A DNA stretch of 64,000 bases from Ottowia sp. (lineage in GTDB: Bacteria > Pseudomonadota > Gammaproteobacteria > Burkholderiales > Burkholderiaceae_C): NCBI RefSeq assembly GCF_035444425.1, contig NZ_DAOMOQ010000014.1, positions 5,630 through 69,629 of the forward strand, in the 5' to 3' direction. The translations under genes were made by a program, and so were the position numbers. Below the pieces are notes generated by a model that saw only the letters and a list, made by a program, of their open reading frames with translations, was not told where the DNA came from and made no database searches. Positions 1 to 13,611 of the stretch are shown here, one piece after another; the first letter of the stretch is position 1; the number at the start of each line of letters is the position of its first letter.

Positions 1-4
1 CGCC

Positions 5-826
5 ATGACCATCACCATCAAGGACGAGGCCGGCATTGCAGGCATGCGCGAGGCCTGCCGCCTGGCGTCGGAAGTGCTGGACAGCATCACGCCGCACATC
101 AAGCCGGGCATCACCACACTGGAGATCGATCGCCTGAGTGCCGCGGCGATGGCGGCGCAGGGCACGCGCTCGGCCACCGTGGGCTACCAGCCGCCGGGCT
201 ATCCGCCCTACCCCGGCCACGTCTGCACCTCGGTCAACCACGTGGTCTGCCACGGCATTCCGGCCGACAAGCCGCTGAAGAAAGGCGACATCGTCAACGT
301 CGACGTCACCGTCATCACCGAGGACGGCTGGTACGGCGACAACAGCCGCATGTTCGAGATCGGCGAGGTGTCGATCGCCGCCAGGCGCCTGTGCGCGCTG
401 ACCTTCGATGCCATGTGGCTGGGCATCGAGCAGGTGCGCCCGGGCGCGCGGCTGGGCGACATCGGCCACGCGATCCAGAAGTTCGTCGAGGGCCACGGCC
501 TGTCGGTGGTGCGCGAGTTCTGCGGCCACGGCATCGGCCAGCGCTTTCACGAGGATCCACAGGTGCTGCACTACGGCAAGCCGGGCACCGGCGAGGAACT
601 GCTGCCGGGCATGACCTTCACCATCGAGCCGATGATCAACATCGGGCGGCGCGACATCAAGGAAATGCCCGATGGCTGGACCATCGTCACCAAGGACCGC
701 AGCCTGTCGGCGCAGTGGGAGCACACCGTGCTGGTGACGCCGAGCGGCTACGAGGTGCTGACGCTATCAAGCGGCAGCCCGGCGATCCCCGACTTCGTCA
801 AGGGCATGGAGCGCGCCGCCGCCTGA
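5..826 (+). CDS. map: Type I methionine aminopeptidase
   Basis: Motifs [35 protein letters not shown] and SAQWEHT; directly upstream of glnD, the usual proteobacterial synteny. Confidence 0.97.
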   Translation: MTITIKDEAGIAGMREACRLASEVLDSITPHIKPGITTLEIDRLSAAAMAAQGTRSATVGYQPPGYPPYPGHVCTSVNHVVCHGIPADKPLKKGDIVNVDVTVITEDGWYGDNSRMFEIGEVSIAARRLCALTFDAMWLGIEQVRPGARLGDIGHAIQKFVEGHGLSVVREFCGHGIGQRFHEDPQVLHYGKPGTGEELLPGMTFTIEPMINIGRRDIKEMPDGWTIVTKDRSLSAQWEHTVLVTPSGYEVLTLSSGSPAIPDFVKGMERAAA

Positions 827-855
827 CGCGGCCCCTGAAGCGGCGCTTCCCAGCG

Positions 856-3507
856 ATGCACGCCGACGTCGACACGCCTGCCGCTGCGCTGCCGGCGGAT
901 GATTTCCGCGCCCGCAAGCAGCAGTTGCTGCAGGCGTTGCGGCGCAGCCATGCCGGCCTGCGCGGTGCGCGTGCCGGCCTCAGGCGCCTGACGCTGCTGG
1001 TCGATGAAGCCCTGCGCGGACTGTGGGCCCAGGCCGGCTTCGACGCCGATTGCGCGCTGCTGGCGGTGGGCGGCTACGGGCGCGGCGAGCTGTACCCGTA
1101 TTCCGACGTCGACGTGCTGGTGCTGCTGCCGGCCGGAGCCAACCCGGCGGTCGACACCGCACTGCGCCAGCGCATCGAGGGCTTCATCAGCGCCTGCTGG
1201 GACAGCGGGCTGGAGATCGGCTCCAGCGTCCGCACCGTGAACGACTGCCTGAGCGTGGCGCGCAACGACGTCAGCGTGCAGACCGCCTTGCTGGAGGCGC
1301 GCCTGATCACCGGCAGCCGCGCACTGTTCAGGGAATTCCGGCGCTGCTACACGGCCGTGCTGGACCCGCTGGATTTCTTCACCGCCAAGCGGCTGGAGAT
1401 GCGCCAGCGCCACATCAAGTACGAGGACACGCCCTACGCGCTTGAGCCGAATTGCAAGGAGTCGCCCGGCGGCCTGCGCGACCTGCAGGTGATCCTGTGG
1501 ACCGCCCGCGCCGCCGGCATCGGCGACCGTTGGCAGGACCTGCGCAGCGCCGGCCTGGTGACGGCGCACGAGCTGCGCCAGCTGCGCCACAACGAGGCCG
1601 TGCTGGCACTGATCCGCACCCGGCTGCACCTGGTCGCCGGCCGGCGCGAGGACCGGTTGGTGTTCGACCTGCAGAACACGGTGGCCGAGTCGCTGCGCTT
1701 CAAGCACCGGCTGGATGGTGACGGCCGCATCGTCACCCGCGCCAGCGAACTGCTGATGCGCCAGTACTACTGGGCCGCCAAGGCGGTGACCCAGCTCAAC
1801 CAGCTGCTGCTGCAAAGCATTGAGGAGCACCTGCGCCGCAAGCGCGGCGAGCCCGAGCCGAACCTGCGCCGCATCAACAAGCGCTTTTTCGACAAGGACG
1901 GCATGATCGAGGTCGCCAGCGACGACCTGTACCAGCGCACGCCGCAGGCCATCCTCGAGACCTTTCTGCTGTACGCGCAGACGCCCAGCATCAAGGGCCT
2001 GTCGGTACGCACCCTGCGCGCGCTCTACAACGCCCGCAAGCTGATGGACCGGAACTTTCGCGACGACCCGGTCAACCGCAAGACCTTCCTGGCCATCCTG
2101 CAGCAGCCGCAGGGCATCACGCACGCGTTCCGGCTGATGAACCAGACCTCGGTGCTGGGGCGCTACCTGTGGGCGTTCCGCCGCATCGTCGGCCAGATGC
2201 AGCACGATCTGTTCCACGTCTACACGGTGGACCAGCACATCCTGATGGTGCTGCGCAACATGCGGCGCTTCTTCATCGCCGAGCACGCGCACGAATACCC
2301 GTTCTGCTCGCAGCTGGCGGCCGGCTGGGACAAGCCGTGGCTGTTGTACGTGGCCGCGCTGTTCCACGACATCGCCAAGGGCCGTGGTGGCGACCATTCA
2401 GACCTGGGCGCGCACGAGGTGCAGCGTTTCTGCCGCCAGCACGGCATCCAGCGGCAGGATGCCGACCTGATCGAGTTCCTGGTGCGCGAGCACCTGGCCA
2501 TGAGCCGCATTGCGCAGACCGAGGACCTGAGCGATCCCGAGGTGATCGCCGCCTTCGCGCAGCGCGTCGGCAACGAGCGCCGACTCACCGCGCTCTACCT
2601 GCTCACGGTGGCCGACGTGCGCGGCACCAGCCCCAAGGTCTGGAACGCCTGGAAGGGCAAGCTGCTGGAAGACCTGTACAAGCTTACCGTGCGCGCGCTG
2701 GGCGGACGTGCACCCGACGCCAACGCGCTGATCGAGTCGCGCAAGCGCGCCGCGCTCAAGCAGCTGGCCAGGATGGCGAACGGCGCCGAGCCGGCGCACG
2801 CGCCCCCGGCGCTGTGGGCCACGCTCGATGTCAGCTACTTCATGCGGCATGACGCCGGCGACATCGCCTGGCATGCCGAGCAGCTGGCCGGCCATGTGCA
2901 AGCCGGCGCCGCCGCGCCCGAGCAGGCCCTGGTGCGCGCGCGCCTGTCGCCGGTCGGCGAAGGCCTGCAGGTGATGGTCTACGTGCACGACCGGCCGGAC
3001 CTGTTCGCGCGCATCTGCGGCTACTTCGACCGCGCCGGCTTCTCGATCCTCGACGCCAAGATCCACACCACGCGCAAGGGCTACGCGCTCGACACCTTCC
3101 AGGTCGTCAGCCAGCTGGTGCCGGAGGAGGATTCTCGGGAATTCGTCCTCATGGTCGAGGCCGAGCTGCCCAATGCCATCGAAAGCCAGGGGCCGCTGCC
3201 GGCACCGCGCCTGGGCCGTGTGTCACGCCGGGTGCGCAACTTCCCGGTGGCACCGCGCATCGATCTGCGGCCGGACGAGAAAGGCCAGCGCTGGGTGCTG
3301 AGCGTGACCGCCAGCGACCGCCTGGGCCTGCTCTACGGCATCGCCCGCGTGCTGGCGGCGCACCACATCGACCTCGAACTGGCCAAGATCACCACCCTGG
3401 GCGAACGCGTCGAGGACGTGTTCCTGCTGCAGGGCGCGTCGCTGCAGCACAGCAAGACGCAGCTGGCGATCGAGCAGGAACTGATGGAGGTGCTGGAGGC
3501 GCAGTAG
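856..3507 (+). CDS. glnD: [Protein-PII] uridylyltransferase/uridylyl-removing enzyme (883 aa from ATG 856)
   Basis: NTase motif [32 protein letters not shown] domain (HVYTVDQH...LFHDIAKG) and two C-terminal ACT domains. The 391-855 extension of the track ORF overlaps map and is rejected. Confidence 0.96.
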   Translation: MHADVDTPAAALPADDFRARKQQLLQALRRSHAGLRGARAGLRRLTLLVDEALRGLWAQAGFDADCALLAVGGYGRGELYPYSDVDVLVLLPAGANPAVDTALRQRIEGFISACWDSGLEIGSSVRTVNDCLSVARNDVSVQTALLEARLITGSRALFREFRRCYTAVLDPLDFFTAKRLEMRQRHIKYEDTPYALEPNCKESPGGLRDLQVILWTARAAGIGDRWQDLRSAGLVTAHELRQLRHNEAVLALIRTRLHLVAGRREDRLVFDLQNTVAESLRFKHRLDGDGRIVTRASELLMRQYYWAAKAVTQLNQLLLQSIEEHLRRKRGEPEPNLRRINKRFFDKDGMIEVASDDLYQRTPQAILETFLLYAQTPSIKGLSVRTLRALYNARKLMDRNFRDDPVNRKTFLAILQQPQGITHAFRLMNQTSVLGRYLWAFRRIVGQMQHDLFHVYTVDQHILMVLRNMRRFFIAEHAHEYPFCSQLAAGWDKPWLLYVAALFHDIAKGRGGDHSDLGAHEVQRFCRQHGIQRQDADLIEFLVREHLAMSRIAQTEDLSDPEVIAAFAQRVGNERRLTALYLLTVADVRGTSPKVWNAWKGKLLEDLYKLTVRALGGRAPDANALIESRKRAALKQLARMANGAEPAHAPPALWATLDVSYFMRHDAGDIAWHAEQLAGHVQAGAAAPEQALVRARLSPVGEGLQVMVYVHDRPDLFARICGYFDRAGFSILDAKIHTTRKGYALDTFQVVSQLVPEEDSREFVLMVEAELPNAIESQGPLPAPRLGRVSRRVRNFPVAPRIDLRPDEKGQRWVLSVTASDRLGLLYGIARVLAAHHIDLELAKITTLGERVEDVFLLQGASLQHSKTQLAIEQELMEVLEAQ

Positions 3508-3532
3508 CGCCCCGGTGCCCCGCCCCGCAGCC

Positions 3533-3880
3533 TCAGTTCTTCACTTCCTTGATCATCACCAGCAGCATCTTGAAGCGGCCCTGCGGGTGCACCGCGTGCG
3601 GGATGTTGGCCGGCATCAGCAGCGACTGGCCTTCTGCCACCTGGTAGTGCTGGCCGGCCACCATGATGTCGGCCGAACCCTCCACCCCGATCACCAGGGC
3701 ATCGAACGGCGCCGTGTGTTCGCTCAGGCCTTCGCCGCCCTCGAAGGCGAACAGCGTCACGCTGCCGCCGCTGTTCTTGACCAGCATGCGGCTGACGATG
3801 GCCTGTGGCTGGTAGCTCAGCAGGGTTTTCAGGTCCTCGACCTGGGGTGCGGCCTGAGTCGGCTTGGTGTCGTTGCTCAC
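3533..3880 (-). CDS. Cupin-domain protein
   Basis: Cupin motifs LSEHTAP and MPANIPHAV; GTG start at 3880 follows GGAGAA (track start 3901 is the alternative). Confidence 0.85.
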   Translation of the reverse strand: MSNDTKPTQAAPQVEDLKTLLSYQPQAIVSRMLVKNSGGSVTLFAFEGGEGLSEHTAPFDALVIGVEGSADIMVAGQHYQVAEGQSLLMPANIPHAVHPQGRFKMLLVMIKEVKN

Positions 3881-3963
3881 GGTGGTTCTCCGGTTGATCA
3901 AGGTGGATGCGGGGAAACGAAACCGGGCTGATTATGGGTCGGCGCCGAGCCCAGCCGTCGAAC

Positions 3964-6900
3964 CTAGCCCTGCACCTGCGCCCACACCTTGTCCAGCCGC
4001 TTGATGCTCACCGGTTGCGGCGTGCGCAGCTCCTGCGCGAAGAAGCTCACGCGCAGTTCCTCCAGCAGCCAGCGCAGCTCCTGCAGACGCGCGTCCTGCT
4101 GGCCCTTGCGCTCGGCCACCAGACGCCAGAAGCGCTGGTCCTGCGTGCGCACCTCGGCCATGCGCTGGGCGTCGCGCGCCGGGTCGGCGCGCAGCTTGTC
4201 GAGCCGCAGCACGATGGCCTTGAGGTAGCGCGGGAAGTGCTGCAGCGCGGACCACGGCGTCGCAGCGAGGAAGTTCTTCGGCATCAGGCGCTGCAACTGC
4301 TCGCTCGCGTCCCGAGTGGCGTCGGCCGAGTTCCGCGTGTCCTTGATCTTGCGCGCCGCGCTGGCGTATTCGCCGAGGATCACGCCGGCCAGGCGCGCGA
4401 TCTCGTTGGCGATCAGGGTCAGGCGGGCGCGGCCTTCTTCCATGCGTTGCCTGAATTCGGCCTCGTTCATCGGCAGCGGCTCGACAAGGAAGGCGCGCTC
4501 CAGCGCGACGTCGATGATCTGCTGGCGCAGCTCTTCGGCCGTGCCGAGCGGCATGTAGGCGACCGACATCTTCTGCAAGTCAGGCACGTTCTTTTCGAGG
4601 TACTTGAGCGCGTCCCTGAGCTGCAACGCGAACAGGCGGCGCAGGCCAACGCGGTGCTTTGCCGCGGCGAGTTCGGGTTCGTCGAAAACCTCGATAGTGA
4701 CGGCGTCGCCGGCGTCGATCAGAGCCGGAAAACCGATCAGCGTCTGCCCCTTGCGGCGGATTTCCATCAGCTCGGGGAGCTCACCGAAGTCCCAAGTGGT
4801 GTGGTGGGTGTCGGCGGATGCCGTCGTGCCCTCGCTTTTCTTGATGGCTGCCTGCGCCTGGGCGGCGGGTGCGGAAGGCGCTTCTCGACCCGAACCCGCC
4901 GGGGGCGCGGCGATCTCCACCTTGGCCACTTTCAGGCCCGCCAGCGCCTGGAACGCGCCGCGCGCCTCGCCGCCCAGTTCGGCCTTCAGCGCCGCCAGGT
5001 TGCGCCCCTGCCCGCGCTGGCGGCCATGCTCGTCAACCACGCGGAAGTTCATGAACAGGTGCGCCGGCAGCATGTCGAGCTTGAAGTCGGTGCGCCTGAC
5101 ATCCAGGCCGGTGGCCTCGCGCACCAGTTTGAGCAGCGCATCGGTCAGGCTGCCGTGGCCGAAGGCTTCCGGTGTGCCCAGCACCTCGTTCAGCCGCGCC
5201 GCGCTCTCGGGCAGCGGCACGAAGCGGCTGCGCGGCCGCTGTGGCAGGCTTTTCAGCAGCGCCTGGATCTTGGGCTTCAGCATGCCCGGCACCAGCCATT
5301 CGCAGCGCGCCTCGCTGACCTGGTTCAGCACGAACAGCGGCACGGTGACGGTGAGGCCGTCCTTGGCATCGCCCGGTTCATGCAGGTAGCTGGCGGCGCA
5401 GTCGACGCCACCCAGGCGGATCATCTTCGGGAAAGCGGCGCTGGTGATGCCCGCCGCCTCGTGGCGCATCAGCTCCTCGCGCGTCAGCTGCAGCAGCTTC
5501 GGGTTCGCCTGGCTGGCTTCGCGCCACCAGCGCTCGAAGTCGCGGCCGTTGCTGATGCCGGCCGGGATCTGGCTGTCGTAGAAGGCATAGATCAGCTCGT
5601 CGTCGACCAGCACGTCCTGGCGCCGGCTCTTGTGCTCGAGTTCCTCGACCTTGGCGATCGCCCGCTGGTTCGCTTGCAGGAACGGCAGGCGGCGCGTCCA
5701 GTCGTCCGGCCACTCGCTGTTCACCAGCGCCTCGCGGATGAAGATCTCGCGCGCGGCCTGCGGGTCGACCGCGCCGTAGCTCCGGCGCCGGCCGCTGTAG
5801 ACCACCAGCCCGTACAGCGTGGCGCGCTCCAGGGCAACCACGTCCTGCGCCTTCTTTTCCCAGTGCGGCTCCAGCAACTGCTTCTTCAAGAGGTGGCCAC
5901 CGACCTCCTCCAGCCACTGCGGCTCGATGGTCGCGATGCCGCGGCCGAACAGCCGCGTGGTCTCCACCAGTTCGGCGGCGACGATCCACCTGCCGGGTCG
6001 CTTGCTCAGGTGCGCACCGGGATGGCGGTGGAACTTGATGCCGCGCGCGCCCAGGTATTCGCCGCTGGCGGCGTCGTCGCTCTCCAGCTTGTGGCCCACG
6101 TTGCCCAGCAGACCGGCGAGCAGGGACTTGTGCAACGCCTCGTAGCCAGCGGAAACATGCCCCCACGCTCCGCGCTGCGCGTCTGCGCTGCCCCCCGAGG
6201 GGGCCGAGCCCGGCTTGGGGCGGCCCGGCGCCGGGCCGCGTGCGTTTTCCATCCACCCGTGCTCGGCGACGACGGTGTGCAACTGCGTGTGGATGTCGCG
6301 CCATTCGCGCACGCGGCGCACGCTGATGAAGTTCTGGCGCAGCAGGTTCTCCCACTGACGGTTGCTGAGCTTGTGGGTCGGCTGGTCAGCGACCGCTGGC
6401 GCGGCAGCCGACCCGCCCAGCGCCTTGCGCGCTGCCTCCATCGCCAGCGCGGCACGCTGCGCTGCGGGCAACGCGACCAGGTTGGCAGACTTCCTGACTG
6501 CGCCCTTGCCCTCGGCTGCCGCCATTTCGCGCCGCGTACGGACGACTTGCCCCCCGCGCGCATCGTGCAGCCACTTCCACAGCCGCAGATAGCCCGAGAA
6601 CTCGCTCTTCTCGTCGTCGAACTTGGCGTGCGCCTGGTCGGCCTGCGCCTGTTGCTCCAGCGGCCGGTCGCGCACGTCCTGCACGCTGAGGGCGGCGGCG
6701 ATGACCAGCACCTCGCGCAGCGCGCCGCGCTCGCGCGCCGCCAGGATCATGCGCCCGACGCGCGGATCCAGCGGCAGGCGGGACAGCTCGTGGCCCAGGG
6801 CAGTGAGCGCCTGCGCCTCGTCCATCGCACCCAGCTCCTGCAGCAGTTGGATGCCGTCGGCGATGGCCCGGCCGGACGGCGCGTCGAGAAAGGGAAAATC

Positions 6901-8214
6901 CCCCACCCGCCCGCCCTCGCCGCCCAGGTGCAGGCTCTTCATGCGCAGGATCACCGCCGCCAGCGAGGAGCGCAGGATCTCCGGGTCGGTGAAGCGCGGT
7001 CGGCCGGCGAAGTCCTTCTCGTCGTACAGCCGGATGCAGATGCCGTCGCTGACACGCCCGCAGCGCCCGGCTCGCTGGTTGGCCGCGGCCTGGCTCACCG
7101 GCTCGACCAGCAGCTGCTCCACCTTGCTGCGGTAGCTGTAGCGCTTGACGCGCGCCGTGCCCGGGTCGATGACGTACTTGATGCCCGGCACCGTGAGCGA
7201 GGTCTCGGCCACGTTGGTGGCGATGACGATGCGCGGTGCGCCGTGGGTGTCGAACACGCGGTCCTGCTCGGCCTGGCTCAGGCGCGCGAACAGGGGCAGC
7301 ACTTCGGCGCCGCGCGTCAGCGGGCTGCGCGCCAGGTGGCCGCGCAGATGCTCGGCGGCGTCGCGGATCTCGCGTTCGCCCGGCAGGAAGATCAGGATGT
7401 CACCGGCAGGACGACCCGTCCATACTTCATCCACCGCCTCGGCGATGGCGTCGTTCAGGTCGTGATCGCGGCTTTCCTCGAACGGCCGCCAGCGCTGCTC
7501 GACCGGGTACATGCGCCCCGACACCAGCAGGACCGGTGCTGGAACGAGGCCCCCACGCTCCACGGCTTCGCCTGTTGCGCTGCCCCCCGAGGGGGCTGCC
7601 CCGCCTTGGGGCGGCCCGGCGGCGGGGCGCCTCGGCATCGCGAAGTGCTGCGCGAAGCGGTCGGCGTCGATGGTGGCCGAGGTCACGATCAGCTTCAGGT
7701 CCGGTCGCCTGGGCAGGATCTGCTTCAGGTAGCCAAGCAGGAAGTCGATGTTCAGGCTGCGCTCGTGCGCCTCGTCGATGATCAGCGTGTCGTAGTTCTT
7801 CAGCAGCGGATCGGTCTGCGTTTCGGCCAGCAGGATGCCGTCGGTCATCAGCTTGATGCTGGCGCCGGCCGACAGGCGGTCGTTGAAGCGCACCTTGTAG
7901 CCGACCACTTCGCCCAGCGGCGTCTTCAGCTCGTCCGCGATGCGCCGGGCCACGCTGGTGGCGGCGATGCGGCGCGGCTGCGTGTGGCCGATCAGCCGGC
8001 CGCGCTGCCCTGGCGGGGCGTTCATGCGCCCGCGCCCCATGGCCAGTGCGATCTTGGGCAGTTGCGTGGTCTTGCCCGAGCCGGTCTCGCCGCAGACCAC
8101 CACCACCTGGTGGCTGCGCAGCGCCGCCTCGATATCGGCGCGGCGCGCCGATACGGGCAGGTCGGGGGGAAACTCGATCGTCGGCTGGAGCGCGCCGGAA
8201 GCTGGCTGGGACAT
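3964..8214 (-). CDS. hrpA: ATP-dependent RNA helicase HrpA (about 1416 aa) carrying two in-frame repeat-derived insertions
   Basis: GETGSGKTTQLP, HTQPRRIAA, DEAHERS, SAT, TNVAETSLT, QRAGRCGR and the C-terminal WLLEELRVSFFAQ...KRL tail; ATG at 8214. Confidence 0.95.
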   Translation of the reverse strand: MSQPASGALQPTIEFPPDLPVSARRADIEAALRSHQVVVVCGETGSGKTTQLPKIALAMGRGRMNAPPGQRGRLIGHTQPRRIAATSVARRIADELKTPLGEVVGYKVRFNDRLSAGASIKLMTDGILLAETQTDPLLKNYDTLIIDEAHERSLNIDFLLGYLKQILPRRPDLKLIVTSATIDADRFAQHFAMPRRPAAGPPQGGAAPSGGSATGEAVERGGLVPAPVLLVSGRMYPVEQRWRPFEESRDHDLNDAIAEAVDEVWTGRPAGDILIFLPGEREIRDAAEHLRGHLARSPLTRGAEVLPLFARLSQAEQDRVFDTHGAPRIVIATNVAETSLTVPGIKYVIDPGTARVKRYSYRSKVEQLLVEPVSQAAANQRAGRCGRVSDGICIRLYDEKDFAGRPRFTDPEILRSSLAAVILRMKSLHLGGEGGRVGDFPFLDAPSGRAIADGIQLLQELGAMDEAQALTALGHELSRLPLDPRVGRMILAARERGALREVLVIAAALSVQDVRDRPLEQQAQADQAHAKFDDEKSEFSGYLRLWKWLHDARGGQVVRTRREMAAAEGKGAVRKSANLVALPAAQRAALAMEAARKALGGSAAAPAVADQPTHKLSNRQWENLLRQNFISVRRVREWRDIHTQLHTVVAEHGWMENARGPAPGRPKPGSAPSGGSADAQRGAWGHVSAGYEALHKSLLAGLLGNVGHKLESDDAASGEYLGARGIKFHRHPGAHLSKRPGRWIVAAELVETTRLFGRGIATIEPQWLEEVGGHLLKKQLLEPHWEKKAQDVVALERATLYGLVVYSGRRRSYGAVDPQAAREIFIREALVNSEWPDDWTRRLPFLQANQRAIAKVEELEHKSRRQDVLVDDELIYAFYDSQIPAGISNGRDFERWWREASQANPKLLQLTREELMRHEAAGITSAAFPKMIRLGGVDCAASYLHEPGDAKDGLTVTVPLFVLNQVSEARCEWLVPGMLKPKIQALLKSLPQRPRSRFVPLPESAARLNEVLGTPEAFGHGSLTDALLKLVREATGLDVRRTDFKLDMLPAHLFMNFRVVDEHGRQRGQGRNLAALKAELGGEARGAFQALAGLKVAKVEIAAPPAGSGREAPSAPAAQAQAAIKKSEGTTASADTHHTTWDFGELPELMEIRRKGQTLIGFPALIDAGDAVTIEVFDEPELAAAKHRVGLRRLFALQLRDALKYLEKNVPDLQKMSVAYMPLGTAEELRQQIIDVALERAFLVEPLPMNEAEFRQRMEEGRARLTLIANEIARLAGVILGEYASAARKIKDTRNSADATRDASEQLQRLMPKNFLAATPWSALQHFPRYLKAIVLRLDKLRADPARDAQRMAEVRTQDQRFWRLVAERKGQQDARLQELRWLLEELRVSFFAQELRTPQPVSIKRLDKVWAQVQG
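6160..6230. repeat. Dispersed GC-rich repeat, copy A, in frame within hrpA
   Basis: Blocks CCCCCACGCTCC (6160-6171), TGCGCTGCCCCCCGAGGGGGC (6184-6204) and CTTGGGGCGGCCCGGCG (6214-6230) are identical to those at 7550-7621. Confidence 0.9.
7550..7621. repeat. Dispersed GC-rich repeat, copy B, in frame within hrpA
   Basis: The same three blocks at 7550-7561, 7576-7596 and 7605-7621, with different spacers. Confidence 0.9.
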
Positions 8215-8425
8215 GAAGGCCCCGATTATCCCAACGCGCCGGCAGCGGTGCCGCCCGCCTGCCCCGCCCCGCCCCGCCATTGACCCAATCGGGATTGCGT
8301 GATTCCGCCCGGGGGCGCTAAGCCGGTAGACTCGTGGTTCCCAGCCAGGCCGGCCGCGCGCCATGGCGCTGCTCTTTCATCAGCGTGCCGATGCCTGTTT
8401 TCTGAATCGATTGAATGAGAGGGAC

Positions 8426-9547
8426 ATGATGAAAACGGCTTTCCGCATGAAGAACGTTGCCGCCGCCCTGGGCGTCGCCGGCCTGCTGGCCTTCACCAGC
8501 GCCCACGCCCAGATCAAGATCGCCACCGTCATCCCGGCCACCGGCCCGCTGACGCAGTATGGTGACATGATCAAGGAAGGCGTGAACACGGCGGTCGAGC
8601 TGGCCAACGCCGCCGGCGGCGTGAATGGCAAGAAGATCGAGGTCGTCACCGTGGACGACGCCTGCGAGCCCAAGCAGGGCCCGGTGGCCGCCAACCGCGT
8701 GGTCAACGACAAGATCCACTACGTGGTCGGCCCGGTGTGTTCGGGCGCGTCGATCGCCGCCGCGCCGATCTACAACAACGAGGGCGTGGTGGTGGTGACC
8801 CCCTCGGCCACCTCGCCCAACCTGACCGACGGCAAGAACTACCACTACATCTTCCGCACCATCGGCCGCGACGACCAGCAGGGCCCCTCGGCCGCCAAGT
8901 TCATCACCAGCAAGATCAAGCCCAAGAAGGTCGCCGTGCTGCACGACAAGCAGTCCTACGGCCAGGGCATTGCCGCCGCCGTGCGCGACGACCTGAAGAA
9001 GGCCGGCGTCGACGTGACGCTGTTCGAGGGCATCAACGCCGGCGACAGCGACTACTCGGCCGTCATCACCAAGCTCAAGAGCGCGGGCGCGGACTTCGTC
9101 TACTACGGCGGCTACCACCCCGAGATGGGACTGCTGCTGCGCCAGGCCGGCGAGCAGGGCCTGAAGGTCAAGATGATGGGGCCCGAGGGCGTGGGCAACC
9201 CGGAGATCAACGCCATTGCCGGCCCGGCCGTCGAGGGCATGCTGCTGACGCTGCCGGCCGACTTCGCCGCCAACCCGAAGAACGCCGCCGTGGTGAAGGC
9301 CTTCAAGGACAAGAAGCGCGATCCCTCGGGAGCGTTCCAGCTCACCGCCTATGCCGCCACCCAGGTGATCCTGGACAGCATCAAGGCCGTCGGCGACGAC
9401 CCGAAGAAGGTGGCCGACCACCTGCACAAGACCAGCTTCGACACTCCGCTGGGCAACATCTCCTGGGATGCCAAAGGCGACCTGAAGTCGTTCGAGTTCC
9501 AGGTGTTCGAGTGGCACAAGGACGGCAGCAAGTCGGTCGTCAAGTAA
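8426..9547 (+). CDS. livK: Branched-chain amino acid ABC transporter periplasmic binding protein (LivJ/LivK family)
   Basis: Signal peptide, [26 protein letters not shown] and WDAKGDLK; GAGAGGGA before ATG 8426. Confidence 0.92.
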   Translation: MMKTAFRMKNVAAALGVAGLLAFTSAHAQIKIATVIPATGPLTQYGDMIKEGVNTAVELANAAGGVNGKKIEVVTVDDACEPKQGPVAANRVVNDKIHYVVGPVCSGASIAAAPIYNNEGVVVVTPSATSPNLTDGKNYHYIFRTIGRDDQQGPSAAKFITSKIKPKKVAVLHDKQSYGQGIAAAVRDDLKKAGVDVTLFEGINAGDSDYSAVITKLKSAGADFVYYGGYHPEMGLLLRQAGEQGLKVKMMGPEGVGNPEINAIAGPAVEGMLLTLPADFAANPKNAAVVKAFKDKKRDPSGAFQLTAYAATQVILDSIKAVGDDPKKVADHLHKTSFDTPLGNISWDAKGDLKSFEFQVFEWHKDGSKSVVK

Positions 9548-9684
9548 GGCACACCCGCTCCCCAGAGGCCTGATCGCGCGCCCCGGCGTCTTTTCCCCGT
9601 CCAAGTCCGGGGCAGACCCCGGGGTGCCGTCCGTTGCGGGGCCCGCACGGCCTCGCGATTCCCGCGTTCATCGAGAGGCTGCGC

Positions 9685-11878
<2,194 letters not shown>

Positions 11879-11879
<1 letters not shown>

Positions 11880-12651
11880 TGGCCGCCGGCGACGACAACT
11901 TCCTGCAGGTCGAGGACCTGAACATGCGCTTCGGCGGCCTGTTGGCCGTCGACGGCATCGGCTTCAGCGTCCGCGAGCGCGAGATCTTCGCCATCATCGG
12001 CCCCAACGGCGCCGGCAAGACGACGGTGTTCAACTGCATCAGCGGCTTTTATCGCCCCACCACCGGCCGCATCCGCCTGCAGGGGCGCGATCTGGCTGGC
12101 CTGGGCAGCCACGTCGTGGCCCGGCACGGCGTGGTGCGCACCTTCCAGAACGTGCGCCTGTTCAAGAACATGACGGTGCTGGAGAACCTGCTGGTGGCCC
12201 AGCACCGGCACCTGCGTACCTCGCTGCCGGCGGGCCTGTTCGCCACGCGCAGCTACCGTGAGAGCGAGCAGAAGGCGCTCGACCGCGCGCTGCGCTGGCT
12301 CGATGACATGGAACTGCGTGAGTTCGTCAACCGCGAGGCCGGCACCCTGGCCTACGGCCACCAGCGCCGGCTGGAGATCGCGCGCTGCATGGTCACCGAA
12401 CCGCGCGTGCTGATGCTCGACGAGCCAGCCGCCGGCCTGAACCCGCAGGAAAAACGCGACCTGCAGGACATGATCCGGCGGCTGCGCGACCGGCACGACC
12501 TGGCGGTGCTGCTGATCGAGCACGACATGAGCCTGGTGATGGGTGTGTCCGAGCGCATCCTGGTGATGGAGCACGGCCGCCCGATCGCCCTGGATCAGCC
12601 CGAGGCGATCCGCCAGGACCCGCGCGTGATCAAGGCCTACCTGGGAGAAGA

Positions 12652-12655
<4 letters not shown>
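11879..12655 (+). CDS. livG: Branched-chain amino acid ABC ATPase LivG
   Basis: GPNGAGKTT, LAYGHQRRLEIAR, LDEPAAG and VIKAYLGE; TGATG overlap with livM. Confidence 0.95.
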
Positions 12656-13365
<710 letters not shown>

Positions 13366-13375
13366 ACCCGGGTCA

Positions 13376-13611
13376 CCCTAGAAACGGCAGTGGGATGCGC
13401 CCGAGCGTGCCGCGATGGGCGTGCCAGGCAAGGCGAGACGACGCCGCAGGCTCGTGCCTACAAGGACGAGCAACGCGGCATGGTGCGGCCAGCGCGGTGC
13501 GATCGGGTGCATAGCGCGCTCACCCAACCGGTGAACGTGATCGAAGTCGTGAAAGTCAGCACGCATGCGGGTTGCCCAAGGATGGCGAGCGGTCAACTGC
13601 TGTTTCTAGGG
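13376..13611. mobile_element. MITE-like element (236 bp) with 16-bp terminal inverted repeats and a TCA direct repeat
   Basis: CCCTAGAAACGGCAGT (13376-13391) and ACTGCTGTTTCTAGGG (13596-13611) are inverted with one mismatch; TCA flanks both sides (13373-75, 13612-14); no credible coding content. Confidence 0.75.

Noticed and set aside
391-855. N-terminal extension of the 1038-aa track ORF
   Set aside because: It overlaps map in another frame; GlnD-like sequence begins only near ATG 856.
3907-8283. 1458-aa plus-strand ORF, and similar long antisense or alternate-frame ORFs (748-2397, 18630-21524, 21846-24593, 39457-41517, 44454-46238, 60496-62658)
   Set aside because: They are shadows of real high-GC genes, with no family motifs and typical antisense composition.
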